Of a stretch of 64,000 bases of DNA, positions 32,191 through 42,251 are shown piece by piece. The position numbers and the translations under genes are program-made. The notes under the pieces are model-generated. The model made no database searches and was not told where the DNA came from. It saw nothing but the letters and a program-made list of their open reading frames with translations. This stretch comes from Andalucia godoyi And28 (taxonomy: Eukaryota; Protista; Jakobida), in contig VRVR01000006.1 of assembly GCA_009859145.1 (NCBI GenBank), positions 338,596-402,595 on the forward strand, given 5' to 3'. Positions within the stretch are counted from its first letter, which is position 1; every line of letters begins with the position of its first letter.

Positions 32191-32500
32191 CGCCTGCATT
32201 GTACAATAAGCATGCGCTGATCTTTGCTAACCATCCACATGCAGTCTTGCGTCGGAACGGAACGTGAATTCAATCCAGGACGGGGTAGGCCCCAGTGCAC
32301 CGAAGCGTTTTTCCAATGGATGTTGCGCGATCCATTCCAATCTCGATCCAGACATGTAGCGGACATGACGAGGACATCGGAGTGCCGAATGGAACTGGTG
32401 TGAATTGGGAAAACGCGAAGGGAATAGCACAGTCTGAAATTTCTCGATGAGCGGGGTAACGCAGGGTAAAGCAGACTAGGTTATCTTTAGAAAACGTAAT
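32191..32500 (-). mobile_element. IS607/Fanzor2 relic F2-c (zinc finger, RuvC-III remnant and right end)
   Basis: HSALRCPRH / frameshift / SATCLDRDWNGSRNIHWKN; hairpin gggg-ccta-cccc; terminus tgtacaatgcaggcg. Confidence 0.8.
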
Positions 32501-32562
32501 GTGGTTTTGCTTATGCACGCAGAACGATGGATGGCACTGCTCACTTGGCTGCCAACGGTCTA

Positions 32563-34056
32563 TTAATAAGGATGATATGTGTGGCCACCTTGATGAAACT
32601 GCTGCTGCTGCTGCTGCTGTCGAAGCTGGTTGTTGAATGAGTCAAACGCCGCAAGATTCGCCAACGTGGACATGTTGAGAACACCGGGCTGGAGAGAATC
32701 CAAGGTATCTTGAGAACCAGTTGGTGCGCTCTGTGAAAACAACGCTTCCTGATGCCCCGGAAGCGAGTGCTGGTGTTGCTGATGCTGTACTTGGTGCGCA
32801 TGCGGAAGCGGATGGAGATGCGGATGGTGTGCATGGTGCAGTGTGGGAAGCAGATGAGAATGTCCCACTATTGACGATTGCGGTGCCATTTGTTGTTGTT
32901 GTTGCTGTTGTTGCTGTTGTTGTTGCTGTTGTTGTTGTGACTGTTGTGGTTGCTGGTGATGGTGGTGATGTTGTTGTTGCTGCTGTGATGGGAGTGGCAC
33001 CTGTTGCTGCTGCTGCTGCTGTTGAGATCGACGTGCCTGATCAAGCATCTTGCGCTTGTATCGCATTCGTTTGTTGCCGAACCAGTTGTTACACTGAGCT
33101 AGCGTTAGCCCGGTCTCATCCGACAGCCGCTGTTTCTCCTCGTCCGTTGGATACGGGTCATGAAGATGCAAAAAGAACCACCGATTAAGCACTTCCGTTG
33201 CGTTTTTCGACAAGCTTTTTTTCCTCTTGCTGGGACTCGATCCGCCATGGCCACCACTGTGTGTACGATGGTGATGGTGCCGACGGAGATGATGGTGCGG
33301 ATCCGAGTCCGAGTGATCATCAGAACGATCATCGTTTCCGGACGAGGAGTCCGAGTCCGAATGAAACTCGTCTGGGAACTCGCTCGACTCTGCTGCACTG
33401 CCTACCGCAGAGGGAATCCGAGATGCCAGCCCATGAATTTGTCCCGGGGGCTGCGAAAGAAAGTGGTGGTGCAGCGGATGTGCAGAAGAAACAGAAGAAG
33501 ACGACACGGAAGAAGAAGAAGAAGCCGGCAGCGATGCACCCGCTGTTGCTGAAGCAGAAGAGACCTGTGTATCAAGAGGCATGCGGGCGAGGGAGTCTGC
33601 CAGCATGGCGCAGTACTCGGCGCATGCGCGGTCCAGAGAGTCGAGCTCGAGGCTTCCAGCAAGCATCACATCCAGATATTCGTGAAACAGGCTCGTTTCG
33701 CTTGACATTTCCAATTGGAAGGGATCCGCGGTGTTCTGTGGGAGCTGGAAGAACTCGGCGGCGGTCGGCAGGATAGTCGGGAGATCGCTGCCGGGGCGCA
33801 GCGACTGAGACGCACACGCAGCCTGGTGAGCTGCATGGACGGCCGCGAGTCCAGGCCACGTGTACAGCCCTGTATCAACGCCCTTGAGATTGCGAGGGGG
33901 CACCGAAGCGGCAGGAGCAGCAGACGACGACGACGAGGCGCTGGAGCTTGCCACCGCCTGCACAGGAAGCGTTTGGTGCGGCACCGGGCGGACCGCAGAC
34001 GTCAAGGCAACCGCAAGCGGGAACAGCACGTGTTGTGACAACGGATCCGGATGCAT
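32563..34056 (-). CDS. TALE homeodomain protein, PBX/PBC-like
   Basis: Homeodomain SLSKNATEVLNRWFFLHLHDPYPTDEEKQRLSDETGLTLAQCNNWFGNKRMRYKRK (PYP TALE loop; WFGNKR.RYK is the PBX signature). ELDSLDRACAEY resembles PBC-B. Confidence 0.88.
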   Translation of the reverse strand: MHPDPLSQHVLFPLAVALTSAVRPVPHQTLPVQAVASSSASSSSSAAPAASVPPRNLKGVDTGLYTWPGLAAVHAAHQAACASQSLRPGSDLPTILPTAAEFFQLPQNTADPFQLEMSSETSLFHEYLDVMLAGSLELDSLDRACAEYCAMLADSLARMPLDTQVSSASATAGASLPASSSSSVSSSSVSSAHPLHHHFLSQPPGQIHGLASRIPSAVGSAAESSEFPDEFHSDSDSSSGNDDRSDDHSDSDPHHHLRRHHHHRTHSGGHGGSSPSKRKKSLSKNATEVLNRWFFLHLHDPYPTDEEKQRLSDETGLTLAQCNNWFGNKRMRYKRKMLDQARRSQQQQQQQQVPLPSQQQQQHHHHHQQPQQSQQQQQQQQQQQQQQQQMAPQSSIVGHSHLLPTLHHAHHPHLHPLPHAHQVQHQQHQHSLPGHQEALFSQSAPTGSQDTLDSLQPGVLNMSTLANLAAFDSFNNQLRQQQQQQQFHQGGHTYHPY

Positions 34057-35080
34057 ATCGTCAGGTACAGTGGATCAGATGTTCTTACCTTTTCCTTTTC
34101 TTCTTCTACTTCTTGGAGTTCCGAAATGCACGCACCGCAAAACGCAAAAGCTCGGAGTAACAGGCGCAACAAAAAAGGACTGCGAGGGAGAAAGAAATGT
34201 GAAATTTAAATTAAAATAATTATGATAATAAGAAAAAACGAGAAAAAAACAGTAAAAATAAATTAAGGAATTCTTTTTTTCCGGATGCAGATGTCGCAGT
34301 TCTCTAGAGGCTGGAAGAAAGTCTGTCTAAGAAAATTATGGGGGGAAAAATTAACACCAATATAACAACATGCGCACATACGCAGAAAACGTGCGGAAAA
34401 GTGTAAAAATATAGCCAAAAGCAAATAAAGTATGGTATCAGAAAAGCACACACACATACACACACATACACATACACACACACACAGAGACACAGACACA
34501 GACACAGAGGCGCCAATGAATAAATGTGGCAAAATGATGCAAGTGATGGGCCTGAGGGGGTCGAGAAAAGGCAGGTTGGGGCGGGGAATTGGATATTTGT
34601 GGGCCCCCAACTGTCACATTGAAAGTGACGAGAGTGACTGACATCTGACAGGTTTGTCATGGAGGAAATAAGCGACTCAAGCAAAACTTGTCCAAAAAAA
34701 GAAGAAACGGAAAAACAAGCTGCTGTAAAAAAAAAGACCATCATTACGCTAACGAAAAATTCATTAAAAAAGAATCCGCCCATTTCGGAGAAAATGGTGC
34801 AGGTTTGCACAAAAGGGAAATTAAAGAAACAAAAAGAAAAAGAAGACCTAGGGCAAACGCCTAACCCTAGGTGTCTCCATTTTTCTCAATTGCATTTTAT
34901 TTTCTCAATTGCTTGCACTAGGTCGTCAACCCTCTCCTGAGCACACCATTTGGAAACGCAATTGCTTCCTTCGTGGTTATTTCATATTTCTTCCTTCCTT
35001 CCTCTCTTTCTTTTTCTCTCTCTTCTTTTTCTTTCTTGTGCCTATTTTTCAAAATTTGTGTATCATTTGCGTAATTCAAG

Positions 35081-35563
35081 ATGGTTAACTCGAAGGGCTA
35101 CCGCGCACGTACTCGCCACACTTTCCAGCGTGGCTTCCGCAAGCACGGCACCATCAAGCTGAGCACGTATTTCACGGACTTCCGTCTGGGAGATGTTGTT
35201 GACGTCAAGGCGAACGGAGCGATCCACAAGGGTATGCCGCACAAGTTCTACCACGGCAAGACCGGAGTTGTGTGGAACATCTCCCCGCAGGCGATTGGAG
35301 TGGAGCTGAACAAGCAGGTCCGCAACCGCATTGTCAAGAAGCGCATCCATGTCCGTGTGGAGCACCTCAAGAAGTCGCGTTCGTCCCTCGACTTCATTGC
35401 CCGCCGTGCCCGCAACGAGCAACTCAAGCGTGATGCAAAGAAGACTGGAGTCAAGGCCGTCATCAAGCGCCAGCCCATCCAGCCCCGCGAAGGAGAGATC
35501 ATCAAGAGCCAGCTCACCTCCATCGAGACCATCCACGCTATCCCGTACGAACTTGTTGCGTAA
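35081..35563 (+). CDS. RPL21: 60S ribosomal protein eL21
   Basis: SKGYRARTRHTF, AIHKGMPHKFYHGKTG.VWN and KRIHVRVEH. Confidence 0.98.
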   Translation: MVNSKGYRARTRHTFQRGFRKHGTIKLSTYFTDFRLGDVVDVKANGAIHKGMPHKFYHGKTGVVWNISPQAIGVELNKQVRNRIVKKRIHVRVEHLKKSRSSLDFIARRARNEQLKRDAKKTGVKAVIKRQPIQPREGEIIKSQLTSIETIHAIPYELVA

Positions 35564-35776
35564 AGAATAGAAGTGAAAATTGGCCAACTTCTGCGTCTTC
35601 ACCTTCCTCCACGTCCTTTTTTACTTGCCATCTTCAGTCTTTCCGTCCTTGTTCATGTATGCGTTTTTGGGCGCTCGTTTTTTTAAAATTATTATTACGT
35701 AACTTAAATATCCGTTTGGTGTTGCATTGCACTGCAGGGACACCGGTCACTGGGAGCCGTCCGTCCGCGGTCGGCG

Positions 35777-36910
35777 CTAGGACATCCAGGACTGCATCAG
35801 CTCATGATCGCTGCCTTTGGTCTCCTTGTCCCATGACGACTGCCAGATCGAGTCGAGGTCATCCAGCGACAGTGCATCTTCGCTGTGACACTGACTCTGG
35901 CTGCTGGAGCTTCTGCTCGAGGAGCTGTTGATGGTGTTGCTCGGGTCGCCATCCAGTACAGCCTTGTCGCCATCCGCAGCAGCAGCGGTATCTTGTCGTT
36001 CATTCGAGCACAGGTCGAACAATATCGGCAAGAACGAAGAAGAACCTTGCGTGGGAGCTGCTGTGCGGTCCGTCGGTGGCTGCTGTTGCGAATTCTGATG
36101 ATGTGTCGTGAGAACAACACCGCCACCACCGACAGACATGTACGGCACTTCCAGTCCGGTTGATTCTTGGTCCTCGGGTTCAGGGCATACAACATCTCTT
36201 CTGCGCTTCTGGCTGCGAATCAGTTGTTCACAATCACTCAGAAACGTCGGCATAAAGGAAAGCAGCTCTCGAACCGTGCGAAGAATGCGTTCGTCTTGGG
36301 AAGCATCCTGCATGGACACTCGTTTCCGGCTTGGCTGCGGGGACGCAAGAACGGGGCCGATCGAGGCTGCTCTAGCTCGGGACCGCATGTCGAACACGGC
36401 CTTGATCGACGCGCTCGCTTCATGGACAATCTGGACTGTTCTCTGTTCCGTGCGCTTTTGCAGGAGATCTGTCTTTTCGGACAGCCTCAGAACTGCTTCA
36501 TTGACCTTATTGATGTAGCTCTGCAAGCGAGCAGTTCGCGCGTTCATCGCGTCCACAAGTTCTCGATCATACTGGTCCGCGTTGGTTGAGACTGACGACG
36601 GCCGCGCTCGACAGAGTGCTTGCAGATGAGCCGCAGAGAGTATTTGGCATGCAATCAGCAGTTTGCGAAGCAGCAGCTCGCCGTACGATCCAGGAGCAAT
36701 CCTTCCTGCCGTCGATGTGCGCTTGCTGTCGTTAGCAGCATTTGCAGACCCGGTCGCGGACTGCAAGGAAGAGCTGTGTCGGGACGCATGCGGCAGCTGG
36801 TGGTCGCAGGAGGAGGACGGGGTCCATTGGCTGGTGGTGCCGTCGATCGAGTGGTTGAATGGCGACGTGCAGAACAAGGATACTGCGGCTGCAGCTTCCA
36901 CCGGATTCAT
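35777..36910 (-). CDS. Hypothetical protein with a central coiled-coil and disordered tail (about 377 aa)
   Basis: Long ORF; the ATG at 36910 follows an AT-rich UTR-like tract. No family recognised. Confidence 0.6.
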   Translation of the reverse strand: MNPVEAAAAVSLFCTSPFNHSIDGTTSQWTPSSSCDHQLPHASRHSSSLQSATGSANAANDSKRTSTAGRIAPGSYGELLLRKLLIACQILSAAHLQALCRARPSSVSTNADQYDRELVDAMNARTARLQSYINKVNEAVLRLSEKTDLLQKRTEQRTVQIVHEASASIKAVFDMRSRARAASIGPVLASPQPSRKRVSMQDASQDERILRTVRELLSFMPTFLSDCEQLIRSQKRRRDVVCPEPEDQESTGLEVPYMSVGGGGVVLTTHHQNSQQQPPTDRTAAPTQGSSSFLPILFDLCSNERQDTAAAADGDKAVLDGDPSNTINSSSSRSSSSQSQCHSEDALSLDDLDSIWQSSWDKETKGSDHELMQSWMS

Positions 36911-37535
36911 GTCTTTAGAAAAATACACTAAACGTACATTTGGTTTTTTGTTTTTGTTTTTTGGTTCTTGTTGAAGAGAAAAGGGGAACAAGTATATATG
37001 CAAACAATGAGAGTGGGGCAGAGATTCGGGCCAGATATCCAGATGCGTACTTTTGCCATGCTCAGCGTGACTGCGCAGTTTACACGAATCGATCGACAGC
37101 AAGTCAGGATGTGACGACCCATCATCCGATTCTTGCGGCCTCGGGGGCCAAGGCATCACATCACATTTTTGGAAACTGTGCCGCGGGACTGCGGGAGCGC
37201 GGGGTTTCTGTGAAATATGATGGGGAAGAGATTCGTCACGTCTGCACCACATTCGTGCTGCACTTCACGAATCCCGTATCATGCACCGCTCTAAAGAGCG
37301 GATCGCCCGCCAAGCTCCTGGAAACAGCAGCGTCACTTTTTTTTCTCTTCTGCCTCTTCGTTCTGTTTTCTTCTTTTTTCCCTTTGGAACATCCCATCTA
37401 TCGAAAAAACTTCTCTTTGTGCCCTGTGAAGCGGGAAAAGATATATATATATATATATATATAACGAGATTCGCACTTGCTGTGTATCTGTGTGCGTTTT
37501 TTATCTTCTTTCCGTGCGTGTCTACCAGCTCAAGC

Positions 37536-38744
37536 ATGAACACCGCCACGAGGATCGTCAGCAGTGAAGACCCCGAGTTCCTGCCGATTGCGTCGCTTTC
37601 GATGTCGATGCTGAATAACTCTGTTTCCTCTGTATTGATGTCGTCTTCCTTGAGCAGTTCATTTGCAAGACTCCAAGAGTCGCTTCTGAGGCATCCTGAC
37701 GCACCAGAAATCGAAGGGCTGCTGGCAGAAATCGCAGTGTCTGACTGCGCTGCTGGCGCTGCATGCTGCGCCGCCTTGACTTCGGGTAACCTCTGTTGGG
37801 AAGCAGAGTTTGCGGCACTGGTCCAACAAGTGTTTTCACAGTATCCGCTGGTAGCCATCGCAGAGGAAACGAAAAGCGTTGTTCAGGATCTGGAAAATGT
37901 GTTCCGCACACAAGCAGCAAAACTGCAGTCCACTCGGCAGCGGTCGCTGGAACTGCTGGATCGCTTTATGAACGAGGCGCCGATCTCATCAGTATCATCA
38001 CAATGCGCAGCACCGTCCGATGCTTACTGGAAGAACTGTGAACAGCAAATGAAATGCAGGATGACGGAGCAAATCTTTCAGGACGCTTTGCGTGCGATCC
38101 TGGCACAAATCGCCCATTCATTGCAGGACTACTGCAGGGCAGAACAAGAGACATTGATGCAATCGTCGAATGCCGGTCATCTCGCCTGCATGTTTCAACA
38201 AACCCTTCCAACACCGCCCTCGCTTGCAGAAATTCAGAATCATCTTCCTTTCTGTGACGAGCGCACCGTGCACAACAATTATTCGTCGGGGTATGTCGGA
38301 CGGCGTGCCGAGTTTGGTTCGACACATCAGGACCTCATGGTCAGAAAGGCGGAGTCCGCTGAGCCAGAGGGAGCAGTATCGGTCCAAAGCAACTTCGCCC
38401 CTGGGAGTGCAAGTAAGACCAAGAAGCTCCCGAAGGCGGCAGTCGAATATTTCAAGAAATGGATGGTTGATCACTGTGACAACCCTTATCCTTCAGAGGA
38501 CGAAAAGGCTGAATTCTGTCAGCAGTTCTCCATCACGGTTGCACAGGTCAATAATTGGTTCATCAATAGCAGAGTGCGGACATGGAGACCGCTGATGAAG
38601 CAAATGGCAGGGAAAACCGAAAAAATGGTCAAGAATTCGCAGCAGGAAGACCTGTGCAAACATCTGCAGCAGCGATTGTATGGCCGCGGAGTAGGACGCC
38701 CGTCGAATTCTTCACTCCACGCATCCGCAGTGACATATTCCTGA
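37536..38744 (+). CDS. TALE homeodomain protein with MEINOX-like N-terminus (MEIS/KNOX/BEL-related)
   Basis: KLPKAAVEYFKKWMVDHCDNPYPSEDEK...VNNWFINSRVRTWRP. LLRHPDAPEI resembles the KNOX1/MEIS-A HP motif and LELLDRFM resembles KNOX2/MEIS-B ELDxFM. Confidence 0.88.
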   Translation: MNTATRIVSSEDPEFLPIASLSMSMLNNSVSSVLMSSSLSSSFARLQESLLRHPDAPEIEGLLAEIAVSDCAAGAACCAALTSGNLCWEAEFAALVQQVFSQYPLVAIAEETKSVVQDLENVFRTQAAKLQSTRQRSLELLDRFMNEAPISSVSSQCAAPSDAYWKNCEQQMKCRMTEQIFQDALRAILAQIAHSLQDYCRAEQETLMQSSNAGHLACMFQQTLPTPPSLAEIQNHLPFCDERTVHNNYSSGYVGRRAEFGSTHQDLMVRKAESAEPEGAVSVQSNFAPGSASKTKKLPKAAVEYFKKWMVDHCDNPYPSEDEKAEFCQQFSITVAQVNNWFINSRVRTWRPLMKQMAGKTEKMVKNSQQEDLCKHLQQRLYGRGVGRPSNSSLHASAVTYS

Positions 38745-39149
38745 CATTTTGCAGTTCATGCTGCCCTATCCCCCCCACCCCCACCCTCCCCGCGTTCCCC
38801 AACTGTGCCGAGCAATATAAAAACTGGAAGCGGACGTTCTCCGAAGTACTGTTTTAATTCTTTTAAAAATGACGTCTCGCCGATTATTTTTGAGATGATA
38901 ATTTTGCTGCGGGGGCGCTTATTTACCGCGTAAGGAAGTGGAACGCGTTAATGGAAGTGCAAAACAAAACAAAAAAAGGTTGGGCTTTGGCGGCATTCTT
39001 CGTCACAAACCTTGCGACGCACTCGGTCCGTCTCCAATGCTGGTCTGACTTCTTGTTTTTTGTTTGTTGTTAAGTTTTTGTTCGTTTTGGTTCTCCCCCG
39101 CTTCCTAATTGAGAACCTTTTTACTTGTAGTCTTTAAAAAGTGGATTAC

Positions 39150-39494
39150 ATGCAGATGCTTCGAAGAACTGCTGGGTCACTATCACGATTCAATGCAGTG
39201 ATTGTTCGTTCTCTTACGAGACGGTCCATGGGGACGCTTTCGAATCAGTCGCCGCTGGGGAAATCGAAAAGAAATGGCAGTGGAAATGTGACGCTTGAAA
39301 ATACAAGTGCAGATTCGTTTACGCCACGCTCAAGGGTCACAGATGATGCGTTTATTCCAGAAGATGTGGAGCTTGCCTCCAATTCTGCAACTCCGAAAAT
39401 CCGTGGAACACCGCGATCAGCAGCATCGCATTCTTCCTCGATTAGGCGAGCAGACGAAAACCCTCGCACTGAGCCATGGCACAGTGGACCTTGA
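39150..39494 (+). CDS. Possible small protein with a mitochondrial-presequence-like N-terminus
   Basis: MQMLRRTAGSLSRFNAVIVRSLTRRSM is Arg/Ser-rich and lacks acidic residues; flanked by AT-rich spacers. No homology recognised. Confidence 0.3.
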   Translation: MQMLRRTAGSLSRFNAVIVRSLTRRSMGTLSNQSPLGKSKRNGSGNVTLENTSADSFTPRSRVTDDAFIPEDVELASNSATPKIRGTPRSAASHSSSIRRADENPRTEPWHSGP

Positions 39495-39571
39495 ATGTAA
39501 TTATTTTAATTGTATTGTTTTTAATCTAAAAAATCCACGCAATGCACACAAATATGCGCATCTAGACTTGG

Positions 39572-41680
39572 CTACCACGGATCGGTCTCTGCAGGTTCGA
39601 ATCCATTGTGTACGAAAGTGTGCTCGCGGAGGCGGAGCGTGTGCATTATTGGGTGTGCGATAGCATTTGTGAGTGCCGGTCCGTGACGGCACTCCGAATC
39701 TGATCCATGGATCATTGCCACTATTTCAGAAATTACGGCATGTATCTCTGGCTTTTGCAAGCAGAAACAGTCGTCTAAATCCAGCCTGAGAACGGACAGA
39801 CGCTTCATAGAACGCACAAACGAACCGTGTGCATTCATGGCAGAGTGCAGCTGGTGAGCAGAAAACCAAGTGACTGGAGATAACATAACGAGCTCCTGGA
39901 GATTCACAAAGTTGCCGGATAACAGCAGGTTGCGGAAGCCATCGAGGCAGACCGCATGGTTTTCCAGGACGAGTTTTTCAATCTGCGATGATAATGGAGC
40001 GTTGGAAAGATTTTGAATTCCCGTGGACGAAACGACCGAGACGAAGTGGACAGTGCGAAGGTATGGAAACGTGCACTTTCCAAGTTCTGAAATCAGACGA
40101 TCTCCAAGGGAGTTCTCCACGTGCAAACAAACATGCTGAAGTTTCGTGGTGTTGCTCAGATGAAGCATAGCCTTTCCGAGGGACAGTGCAATGCATCCGT
40201 TGCGTTCAGCAGTTGTCAGTTCAGCGTACGAAGGATCGTCGAGATCGACACGAAACGAGGCGCGCAGTTTTCGGAGTTCTGGAGCCTGGATTGCAGGACA
40301 TAGAGCGTCAATCGAGAAAACGTGTCCTGGCCTCGAGACCAGGCTCAGTTTTCTGAGAGATGGCCAGGGAAGCGCGAACAGTTCTGCAATGCGGTCGTTC
40401 GAATCTGCAATGTAGAATAGATCCAGGTTTTCAATCTTGTGTCGCAAAACTGCGAAGCTGTCTCGAAGTGATTTGCAGCTCATCCATTTTGGAATGTCGA
40501 AATGACCAGAAGATATTGGAGATTCTCGAATTCCGCAGCACCATCTTGTGCTTGTCAGTTGCTGTCCCCAGCGGGACGACGCAACTGCGTAGACGACCGT
40601 CTCGGGAATGGATTGCCGCTGGCCCATCGCAAGTTCGCGAAGGCTCGTTTGCGAGAAGTCTGCATGATAGACGATGCCAGGTGGAATAGTTTGCCACAGC
40701 GAGGGGTCTTCTATCGAAAGCGCCTCCAAGGACGGAAACCATGCCCGTGCTCCAGCAGGAGCCACGAAGAGAGGCTCGTATCCTCCGTGCGAGAAGTCCA
40801 GGGACGAAATTTTCAGCCTTTTCAGCCCGAGAGCTCGAGTTCCGAGGGCGCAGAAAAACGTGTACATTTGCCTTGAGAAAACCGCGGTGGAGGCGCAGGA
40901 TTCGCATCGAGGACGATCTTGCAGCTTCGGACAGGTCAGTGGAAGACCGAATTCCAGATCTTCAAGCGTGGTCAGGAAGAACGCCTCTGCGAGGGACTGC
41001 AGGTGGTGCATGGTTGTCCAGCAATGCGATGTGCTGGCACTGCACGCATAGTGGTCAGGCAGTAACTGGTGACCGTACTCGTACACCAGTCTTCGCAGAT
41101 GCCGAAACTGCACTTGGCAGAGCACCCGAAACTGCATCCCAGCTTCCAGAAACAGCAATGGGCGCTCATCACGTCCCGAGTCACAGAATGCAAACCTCTG
41201 CAGGACGACATCGTTCACGGATTCTCGAAAGCTGTCGGTTCTCGAAAGAATTTGGAATAGACCGGGCTCTTCGGATGCTGCTGCGTTCGTTTCAATCTTC
41301 ACGTCTTGAACTTTGAAATCAGAAAGATGCCGGAAGGCTCTCTTTGCGGTTGTCCACCAGTTCACAATGTCGTTTGTATTTGTTTTTGAGAAACCGTGCA
41401 AGGTGCCTAGGGGGCAGCTTGTCGACCGAACCTGCTCGCGAATGGCTTCCCGGAAGGAAAACAGAGATTCTGTCAGCATCTTCTGGGGAAGCTGCCTACC
41501 GAGGTGTCCACGCAAGGATCTCCAAAAATTAGCTTCGACAAGCAAACCCTTTGCTTTCGTTGCGATCCATTCTGTTCTTCTGCATACCGCTCCAAAGTGA
41601 ACCAAATCACTGAGTGGCAGGAAGGAAGCAACTCGCTTCGGCATGTCGCTGTTCATGAACAGCAGCCCACCCAGTGACAT
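39572..41680 (-). CDS. F-box-like plus leucine-rich-repeat (RNI-like) protein
   Basis: MPKRVASFLPLSDLVHFGAVCRR resembles an F-box; repeated LxxLxL (LKRLKI, LEALSI, LRKLSL, LQELVM). The frame is open upstream to 41788, so the start is uncertain. Confidence 0.7.
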   Translation of the reverse strand: MSLGGLLFMNSDMPKRVASFLPLSDLVHFGAVCRRTEWIATKAKGLLVEANFWRSLRGHLGRQLPQKMLTESLFSFREAIREQVRSTSCPLGTLHGFSKTNTNDIVNWWTTAKRAFRHLSDFKVQDVKIETNAAASEEPGLFQILSRTDSFRESVNDVVLQRFAFCDSGRDERPLLFLEAGMQFRVLCQVQFRHLRRLVYEYGHQLLPDHYACSASTSHCWTTMHHLQSLAEAFFLTTLEDLEFGLPLTCPKLQDRPRCESCASTAVFSRQMYTFFCALGTRALGLKRLKISSLDFSHGGYEPLFVAPAGARAWFPSLEALSIEDPSLWQTIPPGIVYHADFSQTSLRELAMGQRQSIPETVVYAVASSRWGQQLTSTRWCCGIRESPISSGHFDIPKWMSCKSLRDSFAVLRHKIENLDLFYIADSNDRIAELFALPWPSLRKLSLVSRPGHVFSIDALCPAIQAPELRKLRASFRVDLDDPSYAELTTAERNGCIALSLGKAMLHLSNTTKLQHVCLHVENSLGDRLISELGKCTFPYLRTVHFVSVVSSTGIQNLSNAPLSSQIEKLVLENHAVCLDGFRNLLLSGNFVNLQELVMLSPVTWFSAHQLHSAMNAHGSFVRSMKRLSVLRLDLDDCFCLQKPEIHAVISEIVAMIHGSDSECRHGPALTNAIAHPIMHTLRLREHTFVHNGFEPAETDPW

Positions 41681-42251
41681 GCTCTGATTGCAGTCACACA
41701 AAACCTGCAAGACGTACTTCACAGCAAACAAAGTTCTGAAAAGCAGGTTTCTTCCTTCCCACGAGTCGGAAGTGTTCAGAAAGAGCAATTAATAACAACA
41801 AAACAAAAACAAAAACAAAAAAAACGTGATTTTCTGTGAGACACGTGCTTCTTATTTTTCGTTTTGTTTGAACGTGCGTTTAACGCTGACGTGATTTTCT
41901 TTGTCTTCGTATTTTTGTTCTAGTTATTATGATGATTATGATTATCATTGTCTCTTTTCCTGACTCGTAAACTTTCTGTCGAATCGCGGAAGTTGATAGG
42001 ATGCAGATCACGGAGCATCCCTTGACTGGCATGCTACTGGAAAAACAGCAACATATATCATCAGCAATAAAATTTTTTTAATTAAAAATAAATAAATAGC
42101 ATTTTTAAAATTCTACGAGACTGTAAAGCGTCTCCAGCACTTCTGAAAGTTGCGCACAATGTATCGTTTCCAGCCAATGCACATACTGCGCATGGCAGCC
42201 GGCCCCGCCTGTGCAAACATGCATTCCAAAAAACGGTTGGCTGATTTGCTT

